Source: Mageeibacillus sp. UBA1255 (GTDB lineage: Bacteria; Bacillota; Clostridia; UBA1212; UBA1255). Taken from it: 36,966 nucleotides of DNA. Positions 1-8,022 of this stretch are shown here, in pieces. The DNA is taken from contig DBVV01000008.1 of NCBI GenBank assembly GCA_002308795.1, forward strand, positions 25,540 through 62,505, in the 5' to 3' direction. The first letter of the stretch is position 1. Each line of letters opens with the position of its first letter. Made by a program: the position numbers and the translations under genes. A model generated the notes under the pieces. That model did no database searches. It was not told the origin of the DNA and saw only the letters and a list, made by a program, of their open reading frames with translations.

Positions 1-82
1 GAGCGCAGAAATAGGACAAATTTGCTCAAACTCGGAGTTTTTGTCCTATTTTGCCTAGGTTGATGCGCTCTGGCGCCGTCAA
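1..82. mobile_element. Terminus of a structured inverted-repeat element (possible MITE or IS end) abutting an HNH gene remnant
   Basis: Nested inverted repeats: GAGCGCA(1-7)/TGCGCTC(64-70) and AAATAGGACAAA(9-20)/TTTGTCCTATTT(40-51). An alternative terminal hairpin TTGATGCGC...GCGCCGTCAA (60-82) ends in TCAA exactly where HNH homology starts. Truncated by the window edge. Confidence 0.35.
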
Positions 83-199
83 CTGCTTGAAATAGATCAC
101 ATTATCCCTGTGTCCAAAGGTGGATTGACCAGGGAAGACAATCTGCAAACTTTATGCTGGAAATGCAACCGCAGTAAAGGGGCTAAGCTCACTGCCTAG
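83..199 (+). pseudogene. C-terminal fragment of an HNH endonuclease
   Basis: Manual translation [38 protein letters not shown] has the DH..P..GG....NL..LC..CN HNH motif. An in-frame TAG at 56-58 and the absence of a start codon mean it is not continuous with upstream sequence. Confidence 0.75.
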
Positions 200-206
200 C
201 GAATAT

Positions 207-235
207 TTGACAACTGCCGCGATTTGATGTATATT
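207..235 (+). promoter_or_regulatory. Sigma-A promoter of the pheST leader
   Basis: TTGACA(207-212)-17 nt-TATATT(230-235). Confidence 0.75.
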
Positions 236-249
236 GCCACCACAACTGA

Positions 250-505
250 ATATCGGAGCATTGACGGAGAAAAGTAACCCGCGCAGGTGAGGCGTACAGA
301 GAAGGACGGCACGGCTGAGAACGTCCGGCGCTCGGCACAGGCGAAGTTCGCTCCCGAGCTTAAACTAAATGAGTGTTTACCGCACCGGAACGACTTTTGC
401 GCCACGGAAGAAGCGGTAAAAATGTGGGTGGTACCGCGGATAACGAAAGCTTATTCGTCCCTGTCAGTCTTGCCGGCGAAGCGAGACCGGCGGGGATTTT
501 TATTT
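250..505 (+). promoter_or_regulatory. T-box riboswitch (Phe specifier) with terminator
   Basis: Stem I motifs (AGAGA, GGCTGAGA), specifier TTC at 347-349, T-box AATGTGGGTGGTACCGCGG at 421-439, and a GC stem followed by a T-run at ~455-505; lies directly upstream of pheS. Confidence 0.9.
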
Positions 506-558
506 ACCGCAAAAGAGCGGCACAGACCGGATGGTTCCGGTAAAGGAGGAAGAACGTA

Positions 559-1584
559 ATGGGAATAAGGGAGAGCCTTGACCAGATCAGGCAGAAATTC
601 GATGAAACAGTAAACGGAGCCTCGGTGCTCCAGCAGCTTGAAGACCTTCGCGTCGCATTCCTTGGCAAGAAAGGCGAACTTACGGGCGTGCTTCGCGGCA
701 TGGGATCGCTGACGGCGGAGGAACGTCCGGCAGTGGGGCAGAAGGCGAACGAGATCCGCGCGCATATGGAGCAGAAACTCGCCGAGAAGGTCGAGGAGCT
801 GAAGAAAAAAGCACAGGAAGAAAAGCTGAAAAATGAAGCCGTTGACGTCACGATGCCCGGCACCGTACGCGAAAAAGGAGCGCTTCATCCGATCAATCAG
901 ATCATTGACGAGATGAAAGAACTGTTCATCGGGATGGGATACACGGTCGCCGACGGGCCCGAGATCGAATACGATTATTACAATTTCGAAGCGCTGAACC
1001 TGCCGGAAGGACACCCTGCCAGAGACACTCAGGACACGTTCTATATCACGGACAAGATGCTGCTTCGCACCCAGACTTCGAGCGTGCAGATACACGTTAT
1101 GGAGCACAATAAACCCCCGTTCCGCATAATCGCGCCGGGCAAGGTGTACCGTTCGGACAATATGGATGCGACGCATTCTCCTATTTTCCACCAGATCGAG
1201 GGGCTCGTCGTTGACAAGGGCGTTACGATGGGCGACCTGAAGGGCACTCTGGAGGTCTACGCGAAATATATGTTCGGCGAGAACACGAAGATCAGATTGA
1301 GACCGCACCACTTCCCGTTCACCGAACCCAGCGCGGAAGTTGACGTCTCCTGCTGGGCGTGCGGCGGAAAAGGCTGCCGCGTCTGTAAAGGCGAAGGCTG
1401 GATCGAAGTTTTAGGCTGCGGCATGGTACATCCCGACGTGCTGAGAAGATGCAATATTGACCCCGCAGTGTACAGCGGCTTCGCGTTCGGCATCGGGGTC
1501 GAACGTACGGCTATGGCACGTTTCGGCGTCACGGACCTGCGCCAGTTCTTTGAAGGCGACGCAAGGTTCCTTGGCCAGTTCTGA
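559..1584 (+). CDS. pheS: Phenylalanine--tRNA ligase alpha subunit
   Basis: HPARDTQDTFY, LLRTQTS, FHQIEGL, FPFTEPS, GFAFGIGVER motifs; RBS AAAGGAGGA. Confidence 0.99.
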   Translation: MGIRESLDQIRQKFDETVNGASVLQQLEDLRVAFLGKKGELTGVLRGMGSLTAEERPAVGQKANEIRAHMEQKLAEKVEELKKKAQEEKLKNEAVDVTMPGTVREKGALHPINQIIDEMKELFIGMGYTVADGPEIEYDYYNFEALNLPEGHPARDTQDTFYITDKMLLRTQTSSVQIHVMEHNKPPFRIIAPGKVYRSDNMDATHSPIFHQIEGLVVDKGVTMGDLKGTLEVYAKYMFGENTKIRLRPHHFPFTEPSAEVDVSCWACGGKGCRVCKGEGWIEVLGCGMVHPDVLRRCNIDPAVYSGFAFGIGVERTAMARFGVTDLRQFFEGDARFLGQF

Positions 1585-1606
1585 TGTGTGAAAGGGGAGA
1601 TAGCAA

Positions 1607-4075
1607 ATGAAAGCACCGGTTGAGTGGATGCTCAGTTATACAGATATAAAAGCTGAAACTAAAGAAGAAATACATGAACTCGCGTCGCAGATGACATTGT
1701 CCGGCTCGAAAGTGGAGAGCGTTGACGCGGTAGGCGCGGACGTGACGAAAGTTGTCATCGGGCTCGTTACCGAGATCAAACCGCACGAAAATTCCGACCA
1801 CCTCCAGATATGCAAAGTTGACGTGGGCGGCGGCAATATTCTTCAGATCGTTACCGGAGCTCCGAACGTGCGCCTGGGCGGATACGTTCCCACAGCGCTC
1901 GACGGGGCCAATATCGCAGGCGGCCATACTATTAAGACGGGCAAGCTCCGCGGCGTTGAGTCGCAGGGCATGATGTGCTCGTTCGATGAACTCGGTCTCG
2001 ACGCCGAAGATTATCCGGGCGGCATTAAAGACGGTCTGATCATTCTCCAGGATCTGGAGGAATTTAAAGGCTGTACGGAAGCGCAGCTTGACGCGCTCAA
2101 GGGGCAGGACGTTATGAAGGTGCTGGGCGCAGGCGGCACGGTGATCGATTTCGAGATCACATCGAACCGCGCGGACTGCTTCAGCATTCTTGGCCTCGCC
2201 AGAGAAGCGGCTGTTACCGAAAACAGGCTCACCGGGAGAGGAGCGAAATTTAATTGCCCGCAGCCGAAAGTGAAAGAGGAGTCGGATAAAAACGTTAACG
2301 ACCTTATTAAGGTTAAAGTTGACGCCCCCGACCTCTGCCCGCGCTACATGGCCAGAGCTGTCACCGACGTGAAGATCGCGCCTTCTCCGAAATGGATGAG
2401 AAAGCGCCTTTCCGACGCAGGCGTGCGTCCTATAAATAATATAGTAGATATCACCAACTACGTGATGCTCGAATTCGGGCAGCCGATGCATGCGTTCGAC
2501 ATCCGCACGATCCGCGGAAGAGAGATAACTGTGCGCCGCGCAGGCGACGGGGAAAAACTTACGACGCTCGATGAAGTTGAGCGCACGCTCGACAGTTCGA
2601 TGCTCGTGATCGCGGATAAAGAGGGCGGCATCGCGGTGGCAGGCGTCATGGGCGGTCTCAATTCCGAGATACGCGACGATACGCCTACGGTGGTGTTCGA
2701 GTCGGCAATATTCGACGGCGTTACGGTCCGCCGCGGGGCAAAGAAGATCGGTCTGCGCACCGAGTCTTCATCGCGCTTTGAAAAAGGGCTCGATGCGGTC
2801 AATTGCGCGAAGGCTCTCGACAGGGCGGCGGAACTTGTAGAACTGCTCGGCGCCGGTAAGGTCTGCAAAGGCGTTATCGACTGTTATTCCGTGCCAAAAC
2901 AGCCGCGCAAAGTAAAATGCGGCGTTGACGAGATCAACCGCTTTATAGGTATTCACGCCACGCGCGAAGAGATGGAAGGCATCCTGACCGATCTGGAGTG
3001 CGAGCCGCATTTCGACGAAGGGTACGTCATCCCGCCGTCATTCCGCGACGACCTCCTGCAGGACGCCGATATCGCCGAAGAGGTGGCAAGATTTTACGGC
3101 TATAACCGGATAGAATCCAGCCTGCTTTCCGGCTGCGAATCGATGTCCGGAGGACTCACGAGAGAGCAGAAGCTCTCCGACCGTGCAAGGCATACGCTTG
3201 CGGGCCTCGGGTACAACGAAATGCTGACGTTCTCGTTCGGCAGCCCGACGGTCTTTGACAAACTGAACCTGGCCGCGGATGATAAACTGCGCGACGCAGT
3301 GGTGATCTCCAACCCGCTGGGCGAGGATTTCTCCGTGATGCGCACGACGATGGTGCCTTCTGCACTGGAGTCGCTGGCCGTGAACCACGCTCACCGCGTA
3401 GAAAAGGCGTCGCTGTTCGAGATCTCGTACATATATATCAAGACCGATAAATATCCGGATGAACTCCCGGAACACCGCAGATTGATAACGATGTGCGGCT
3501 ACGGCAGCGGCGGAGATTTCTTCGGGTTCAAGGGCGACGTAGAAGCGCTTCTTAAGGCGCTGAGAGTTCAGAAGTACGGGTTCGAACCGGGCGACGGCGC
3601 GTCAATGCCGTACATGCATCCGGGACGCCTCTGCAGACTGACGGTGGGAGATATTGACGCAGGATACTTCGGACAAGTTCATCCCGACGTTGCCGCCGCA
3701 TTCGAAGTGCCCGCGGATACTATGGTCGCGTGCCTGAACGTGAAAACGCTGTTTGACGCGGCGCTTGACATACCGCAGAACAAAGAGCTGCCCAAATACC
3801 CCGCCGTTACGCGCGATATCGCCGTCGTGCTGGACAAGACCGTTCCTCAGGGGCACGTGCAGAAGCTCATCTGCGAGCGCGGAGGAAAGATCCTCGAATC
3901 GTGCAAACTGTTCGACTGCTACGAGGGACTGCAGGTCGGGCCCGGCAAAAAGAGCCTGGCATATGCTCTGTCGTTCCGCGCTCCCGACCGCACGCTTACG
4001 GACGAGGACGTGGACAAGGCGATGAAGAAGATCCTTAACGGGCTCGAGACGGTGTTCGGGGCAAGTTTGAGATAA
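1607..4075 (+). CDS. pheT: Phenylalanine--tRNA ligase beta subunit
   Basis: tRNA-binding OB fold (LRGVESQGMMCS), B3/4 (RPINNIVDITNYV), B5 (DIAEEVAR.YGY) and C-terminal FDX-ACB domain; follows pheS. Confidence 0.99.
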   Translation: MKAPVEWMLSYTDIKAETKEEIHELASQMTLSGSKVESVDAVGADVTKVVIGLVTEIKPHENSDHLQICKVDVGGGNILQIVTGAPNVRLGGYVPTALDGANIAGGHTIKTGKLRGVESQGMMCSFDELGLDAEDYPGGIKDGLIILQDLEEFKGCTEAQLDALKGQDVMKVLGAGGTVIDFEITSNRADCFSILGLAREAAVTENRLTGRGAKFNCPQPKVKEESDKNVNDLIKVKVDAPDLCPRYMARAVTDVKIAPSPKWMRKRLSDAGVRPINNIVDITNYVMLEFGQPMHAFDIRTIRGREITVRRAGDGEKLTTLDEVERTLDSSMLVIADKEGGIAVAGVMGGLNSEIRDDTPTVVFESAIFDGVTVRRGAKKIGLRTESSSRFEKGLDAVNCAKALDRAAELVELLGAGKVCKGVIDCYSVPKQPRKVKCGVDEINRFIGIHATREEMEGILTDLECEPHFDEGYVIPPSFRDDLLQDADIAEEVARFYGYNRIESSLLSGCESMSGGLTREQKLSDRARHTLAGLGYNEMLTFSFGSPTVFDKLNLAADDKLRDAVVISNPLGEDFSVMRTTMVPSALESLAVNHAHRVEKASLFEISYIYIKTDKYPDELPEHRRLITMCGYGSGGDFFGFKGDVEALLKALRVQKYGFEPGDGASMPYMHPGRLCRLTVGDIDAGYFGQVHPDVAAAFEVPADTMVACLNVKTLFDAALDIPQNKELPKYPAVTRDIAVVLDKTVPQGHVQKLICERGGKILESCKLFDCYEGLQVGPGKKSLAYALSFRAPDRTLTDEDVDKAMKKILNGLETVFGASLR

Positions 4076-4100
4076 AGGCGAAAAAAGGAAGGCATATAAC

Positions 4101-4306
4101 AATGGAGAATGGAAAATTGAGAATGGACAATTGAAAATGGGAAATTAAGGTATCGCCAGAGGCGATGATTATAATAATTTCCACAATTTGCCATTTGCCA
4201 CTTGCCACTTGCCATTTGCAACTTGCCACTTGCCACTTGCCACTTGCCACTTGCCACTTGCAACTTGCCATTTGCCACTTGCCATTTGCCACTTGCCACT
4301 TGCCAT
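4101..4306. repeat. Two oppositely oriented heptamer arrays flanking a small palindrome
   Basis: About 6 purine-rich units (AATGGAG/AATGGAA/AATTGAG...) at 4101-4146; hairpin ATCGCC-AGA-GGCGAT at 4152-4166; 17 units of TTGC(C/A)A(C/T) at 4188-4306. Confidence 0.95.
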
Positions 4307-4322
4307 TATATGAGGTGATCAC

Positions 4323-5285
4323 ATGACTTTGTACGAATGGATCAAAAATGAAATTGACAGCGAAGGGTACTCGAGCGATTGCCGCCTGCCTGACCATGCA
4401 GATCTTGGCCAGGACGCGGTAGATAAGTGGGTGCCCGGAGCGTACGAATCACTGCTGATGCGTTCGACGTACAGCATACGCCGCCATGCGATACAGAACT
4501 ATCTGCTCGCGCGAAAAGTGCGCGCGCAGGCCGTGAGACCCTCTGATAAAAATCAGGCAAAAGAAGAAGCGGCACTCGAAAAAACAGGAGCGCTGGCGGT
4601 CGTTGACCCGGTCATATCATTCCTGCACGCTATGCACACTGATAAAGATGCGCTCAGGCGCGAAGGCCTCAGGCTGGCATGCGAGACAAGAAAACGCGAA
4701 CTCGTGAAAGTAGGCATTGCCCTCCTCGGAATGTGGGGAAACAAAGACGGCGGAGAAGACCTGGAAGTATTGCTGACGCTGGCAAAACACGAAGAATTCA
4801 CGTTCTATTGTGCCCCGGCGGTACGCTCGCTGATGGGTGCGGAGAAGGTCAACGATCTCCTTCTGCCGCTTGCGGATAAGCTGGACGGCTGGGGCAAGAC
4901 CGCTATCCTCTACGAATTGAATTACGATCCCGCTCTCAAAGATCCTGAAACAGGAGTACAGCCTGCATCGGAATACCTGCTCAGGCGAGGCTGCAAAAAC
5001 AGGCTCGGCGCTGACGTTAACGCGAATATCTGCGCTACCAAAGGCGGCCTTATGCCGAAACTCAAAGAGATCTCCGATAGCGAAGAACTCCCGGATAAAG
5101 AGCTGTACACGGGCATTTGCGAAATAATGTGGGGCCTTACGGAATTCGGCGGCGTTTACGACAGCATCAATGATTACAAATACGGCCACGACACGAGAAA
5201 TCTGTTCAAACAGTTAGTCGAAACGAGACCGGGGCTCGCAGAACTCGATCCACGCGGGCCGGAAATAATAGAACGGATGAGATGA
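4323..5285 (+). CDS. Hypothetical helical (HEAT/ARM-like) protein
   Basis: 320 aa ORF with RBS GAGGTG; helical pattern such as VKVGIALLG...LLTLAKHEEFTFY; no function recognised. Confidence 0.8.
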   Translation: MTLYEWIKNEIDSEGYSSDCRLPDHADLGQDAVDKWVPGAYESLLMRSTYSIRRHAIQNYLLARKVRAQAVRPSDKNQAKEEAALEKTGALAVVDPVISFLHAMHTDKDALRREGLRLACETRKRELVKVGIALLGMWGNKDGGEDLEVLLTLAKHEEFTFYCAPAVRSLMGAEKVNDLLLPLADKLDGWGKTAILYELNYDPALKDPETGVQPASEYLLRRGCKNRLGADVNANICATKGGLMPKLKEISDSEELPDKELYTGICEIMWGLTEFGGVYDSINDYKYGHDTRNLFKQLVETRPGLAELDPRGPEIIERMR

Positions 5286-5322
5286 CGCACGCGCTTAGCC
5301 GGACCGGAACACCGGAGGGACA

Positions 5323-7212
5323 ATGAAAAAAAGAACCGCTATCCTTGTGATACTGCTGATCGGCGCCGTACTTGTATTGACGCTCGCTTCGGCGTGCAGC
5401 GGACGCAGATATAAAGGAAAATACGTTGCCGTCAACGGCGAGTTCGGAGGCGTTGACGACGTCGGACGTGTATTGCCGCTTTCCGGGCAGGTGCCGGATG
5501 CTCGCGACCGAAAAGTGGGGATCTTTTATTTTCTGTGGCAGGGTGAGCACGGAACGAGCGGCCCGTATGATAACTATAAGATCGTACTAAACCATCCCGA
5601 AGCGATAGAATCGGAAGAAAACTGGTTCGCAGCGGGCGGCGGGAGCCGCGGAGCGCATCATTTCTGGGGAGAGCCGCTGTTCGGATATTACGTTATGTCC
5701 GACGAGTGGGTGATCAGGAAACATGTGCAGATGCTCACCGACGCAGGAGTGGATTTCATCGTATTCGACACGACGAATTTTCCGGATTATATCGACCGCG
5801 TAAAGCAGCTGATAGACGTTTGGTACGAATATCTGGAACAGGGCTGGAACGTGCCTAAATTATCATTCCTGACCAATACGAATTCAGGCGTGCATATCGC
5901 GACGTATTACCGCGAACTTTACACGAACGAGGAAATGCATAAAAAATACCCCCGGCTCGACGAACTGTGGTATAAGTGGGACGGTAAGCCGATGATCGTG
6001 GGGAAAGAGTGGATACTTGACGTTACGGTCGAGATGGAGAATTATTTCACCATAAAAGATACAGTCTGGCCAACGGGCCCCAGGACGAACAACAGCTTCC
6101 CGTGGATGGAATTTGCACGGCTTTATACTGATGACGCAGTGTACGGGCGCAAGGGGCGCAAGGAAGTCGTGAACGTTTCCGTAGCGCAGCATAACGTTAC
6201 GGTGAATTTTGCGTCTGCGGCATGGTACGGCGGCGGTGATCACACCAGAAGCTGGCACGACGGTTCGGTCGATAAGTCTCCCGGAGCGATTTATTACGGA
6301 TATAATTTCGAGGATCAGTGGAAATGGGCCATCGGTGTTGACCCCGAGATGATATTTGTCACCGGCTGGAACGAATGGGTGGCGCAGAGGCAGGCGTCAA
6401 GCCCTAACCGGCCGATAAGCTTCGTGGATTGCGCGAACCCGGAAGCCAGCCGCGACTGCGAACCTATGAACGGACTGTTCGGGGACAATTATTATATGCA
6501 GCTCATTTCGAACATACGTAAGTACAAGGGTTCGGAGGGACGCGTAGCCACAGGCGGAAACGTCACTATCGATATTGACGGCGGTTTCGGTCAATGGGAC
6601 AGCGATAAGATCAAGGCCGTTTATACCGATTACGAAGGTGATACGAGGGACCGCGGGAACGCCGGATTCGGCGGGATACAGTATATTGACACCACGGGCC
6701 GCAACGATTTTGTAAAATTCATGGTCGCGCGGGACAAAAAATACATCTATTTCTACGCCGAGACCGCGAATGATATAACTCCTTCCACGGACGATAACTG
6801 GATGACGCTCTTCATTTCTTCCGGAGCGTGGAGAGACGGAAAACAGCAGATCCTCGCCGGAAACCTTGTAAAAGACGATCAGGAAGCGGCATTCTGGTAC
6901 GACGGGATCGATTTCGCGGTGAATTTAGAGAAACCCGACGGCAATACCGTTTACGTGTCTAAGTACGCGGGCTCGGGCTGGACGCGGGCCGGCACCGGCG
7001 AAATGCGCGTAGAGGGCAATAAACTGATGCTCCGCCTTTCCAAAAAGCTCCTGGGAATAGAGCAGGGGCTCAAACTGCTTGACGTCCGCTTCAAATGGGC
7101 GGATAATTATCAATATAATGACGACGGTTCGCTGGACATCTGGACTTTTTACAGAAATGGCGACAGCGCACCCCTCGGAAGACTGACGTACGTCTTTTCC
7201 GAAAGACAGTGA
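5323..7212 (+). CDS. Lipoprotein or secreted glycoside hydrolase, GH99/GH71-like, with a C-terminal beta-sandwich
   Basis: Signal peptide with LASAC lipobox; WGEPLFGYY...IRKHVQMLTDAGVDF and TGWNEW motifs typical of GH99-like TIM barrels; C-terminal IDG.F.QW and FKWADN region (CBM9/DOMON-like). Confidence 0.65.
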   Translation: MKKRTAILVILLIGAVLVLTLASACSGRRYKGKYVAVNGEFGGVDDVGRVLPLSGQVPDARDRKVGIFYFLWQGEHGTSGPYDNYKIVLNHPEAIESEENWFAAGGGSRGAHHFWGEPLFGYYVMSDEWVIRKHVQMLTDAGVDFIVFDTTNFPDYIDRVKQLIDVWYEYLEQGWNVPKLSFLTNTNSGVHIATYYRELYTNEEMHKKYPRLDELWYKWDGKPMIVGKEWILDVTVEMENYFTIKDTVWPTGPRTNNSFPWMEFARLYTDDAVYGRKGRKEVVNVSVAQHNVTVNFASAAWYGGGDHTRSWHDGSVDKSPGAIYYGYNFEDQWKWAIGVDPEMIFVTGWNEWVAQRQASSPNRPISFVDCANPEASRDCEPMNGLFGDNYYMQLISNIRKYKGSEGRVATGGNVTIDIDGGFGQWDSDKIKAVYTDYEGDTRDRGNAGFGGIQYIDTTGRNDFVKFMVARDKKYIYFYAETANDITPSTDDNWMTLFISSGAWRDGKQQILAGNLVKDDQEAAFWYDGIDFAVNLEKPDGNTVYVSKYAGSGWTRAGTGEMRVEGNKLMLRLSKKLLGIEQGLKLLDVRFKWADNYQYNDDGSLDIWTFYRNGDSAPLGRLTYVFSERQ

Positions 7213-7243
7213 GCGCCTTTAGCGCCGTACCGGTGGTGAGAAT

Positions 7244-7825
7244 ATGCTTAATAAGAAATACGTCGGTGATTACCGGCTCGAAAATGTAAAGGACAAGAAC
7301 GGTAAACTGGTGACAAGGCCGGTTTATAAAGGCGCGTGGTACGTTTTCGTAAACGGAGCGGACAACGTCAGGCAGGAGACAAGGCTCATCGCTGTGCTTA
7401 CCGCTGCGGCGATCGTTTTTTTCGCCGTTTCCCTGCTGTTTTACAGCAACAAGGGTTTTACCGCTCAGTATTACACGCTGATCCCGTTCCTCGTATGCGT
7501 TTTCCCTCTTATGTATCTGTGCATCGCAGTATATAATCTTATTAAAGTGACCCGGCGGGATCCCGTCCGTGCCACGCGTGAGGAAAATGACAAGATGTCT
7601 GACCGTGTCGCTAAATGTACGTTCGTGATGATGCTCCTGTCGGGCTGGAATCTGTGCGGGATCGTGCTGGCTTATATTTTAAAGCTCGCCGGCAAAGAAG
7701 CGCGGCCGGTCGTTACCGGAGATATCGTTTTTTCTTTATCTTCCGCGCTTTTCTTCGCAGTTATCGTTTTCATCTTTTCCCGCAGAAAGAAGACGGCAAT
7801 GCGTCCTGAAATAACGGCGGCATGA
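7244..7825 (+). CDS. Hypothetical membrane protein (about 4 TM)
   Basis: 193 aa ORF with four hydrophobic segments. Confidence 0.8.
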   Translation: MLNKKYVGDYRLENVKDKNGKLVTRPVYKGAWYVFVNGADNVRQETRLIAVLTAAAIVFFAVSLLFYSNKGFTAQYYTLIPFLVCVFPLMYLCIAVYNLIKVTRRDPVRATREENDKMSDRVAKCTFVMMLLSGWNLCGIVLAYILKLAGKEARPVVTGDIVFSLSSALFFAVIVFIFSRRKKTAMRPEITAA

Positions 7826-7909
7826 CCATTTTCGCGGGTCCGAGGACGGATCCTGAACGCGATCGAACGCACGTTTATTAAAAAACAGTCAGAAATAAAA
7901 AATTTTTTA

Positions 7910-7938
7910 TTGACAACACATCGTGTTTAATGTAAAAT
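7910..7938 (+). promoter_or_regulatory. Sigma-A promoter of the opp operon with a palindromic site in the spacer
   Basis: TTGACA(7910-7915)-17 nt-TAAAAT(7933-7938); A/T-rich upstream region; AACAC-ATC-GTGTT palindrome at 7915-7927. Confidence 0.75.
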
Positions 7939-8022
7939 TCCAAAATGTATCCAATAAACGTGCCTGCAGACGGCAGGGACGGAAGGTTTTTGGTTACAGA
8001 ATTTTGGTATGGAGGAAGAAAA

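Noticed and set aside
287-559. 90-aa ORF upstream of pheS
   Set aside because: It coincides with the T-box leader RNA and has no RBS or recognisable protein features.
4101-4306. Possible CRISPR array, and the repeat-derived ORFs 3919..4299 and 4035..4397 (-)
   Set aside because: The units are contiguous 7-mers with no spacers and there are no cas genes; the ORFs are just translations of the repeat (QVASGKW)n.
7945-8022. Longer ORF-track starts for oppA (7945), oppB (10445), the ABC fusion (27045) and ldh (32563)
   Set aside because: Downstream ATGs have proper Shine-Dalgarno spacing and give the expected N-termini.
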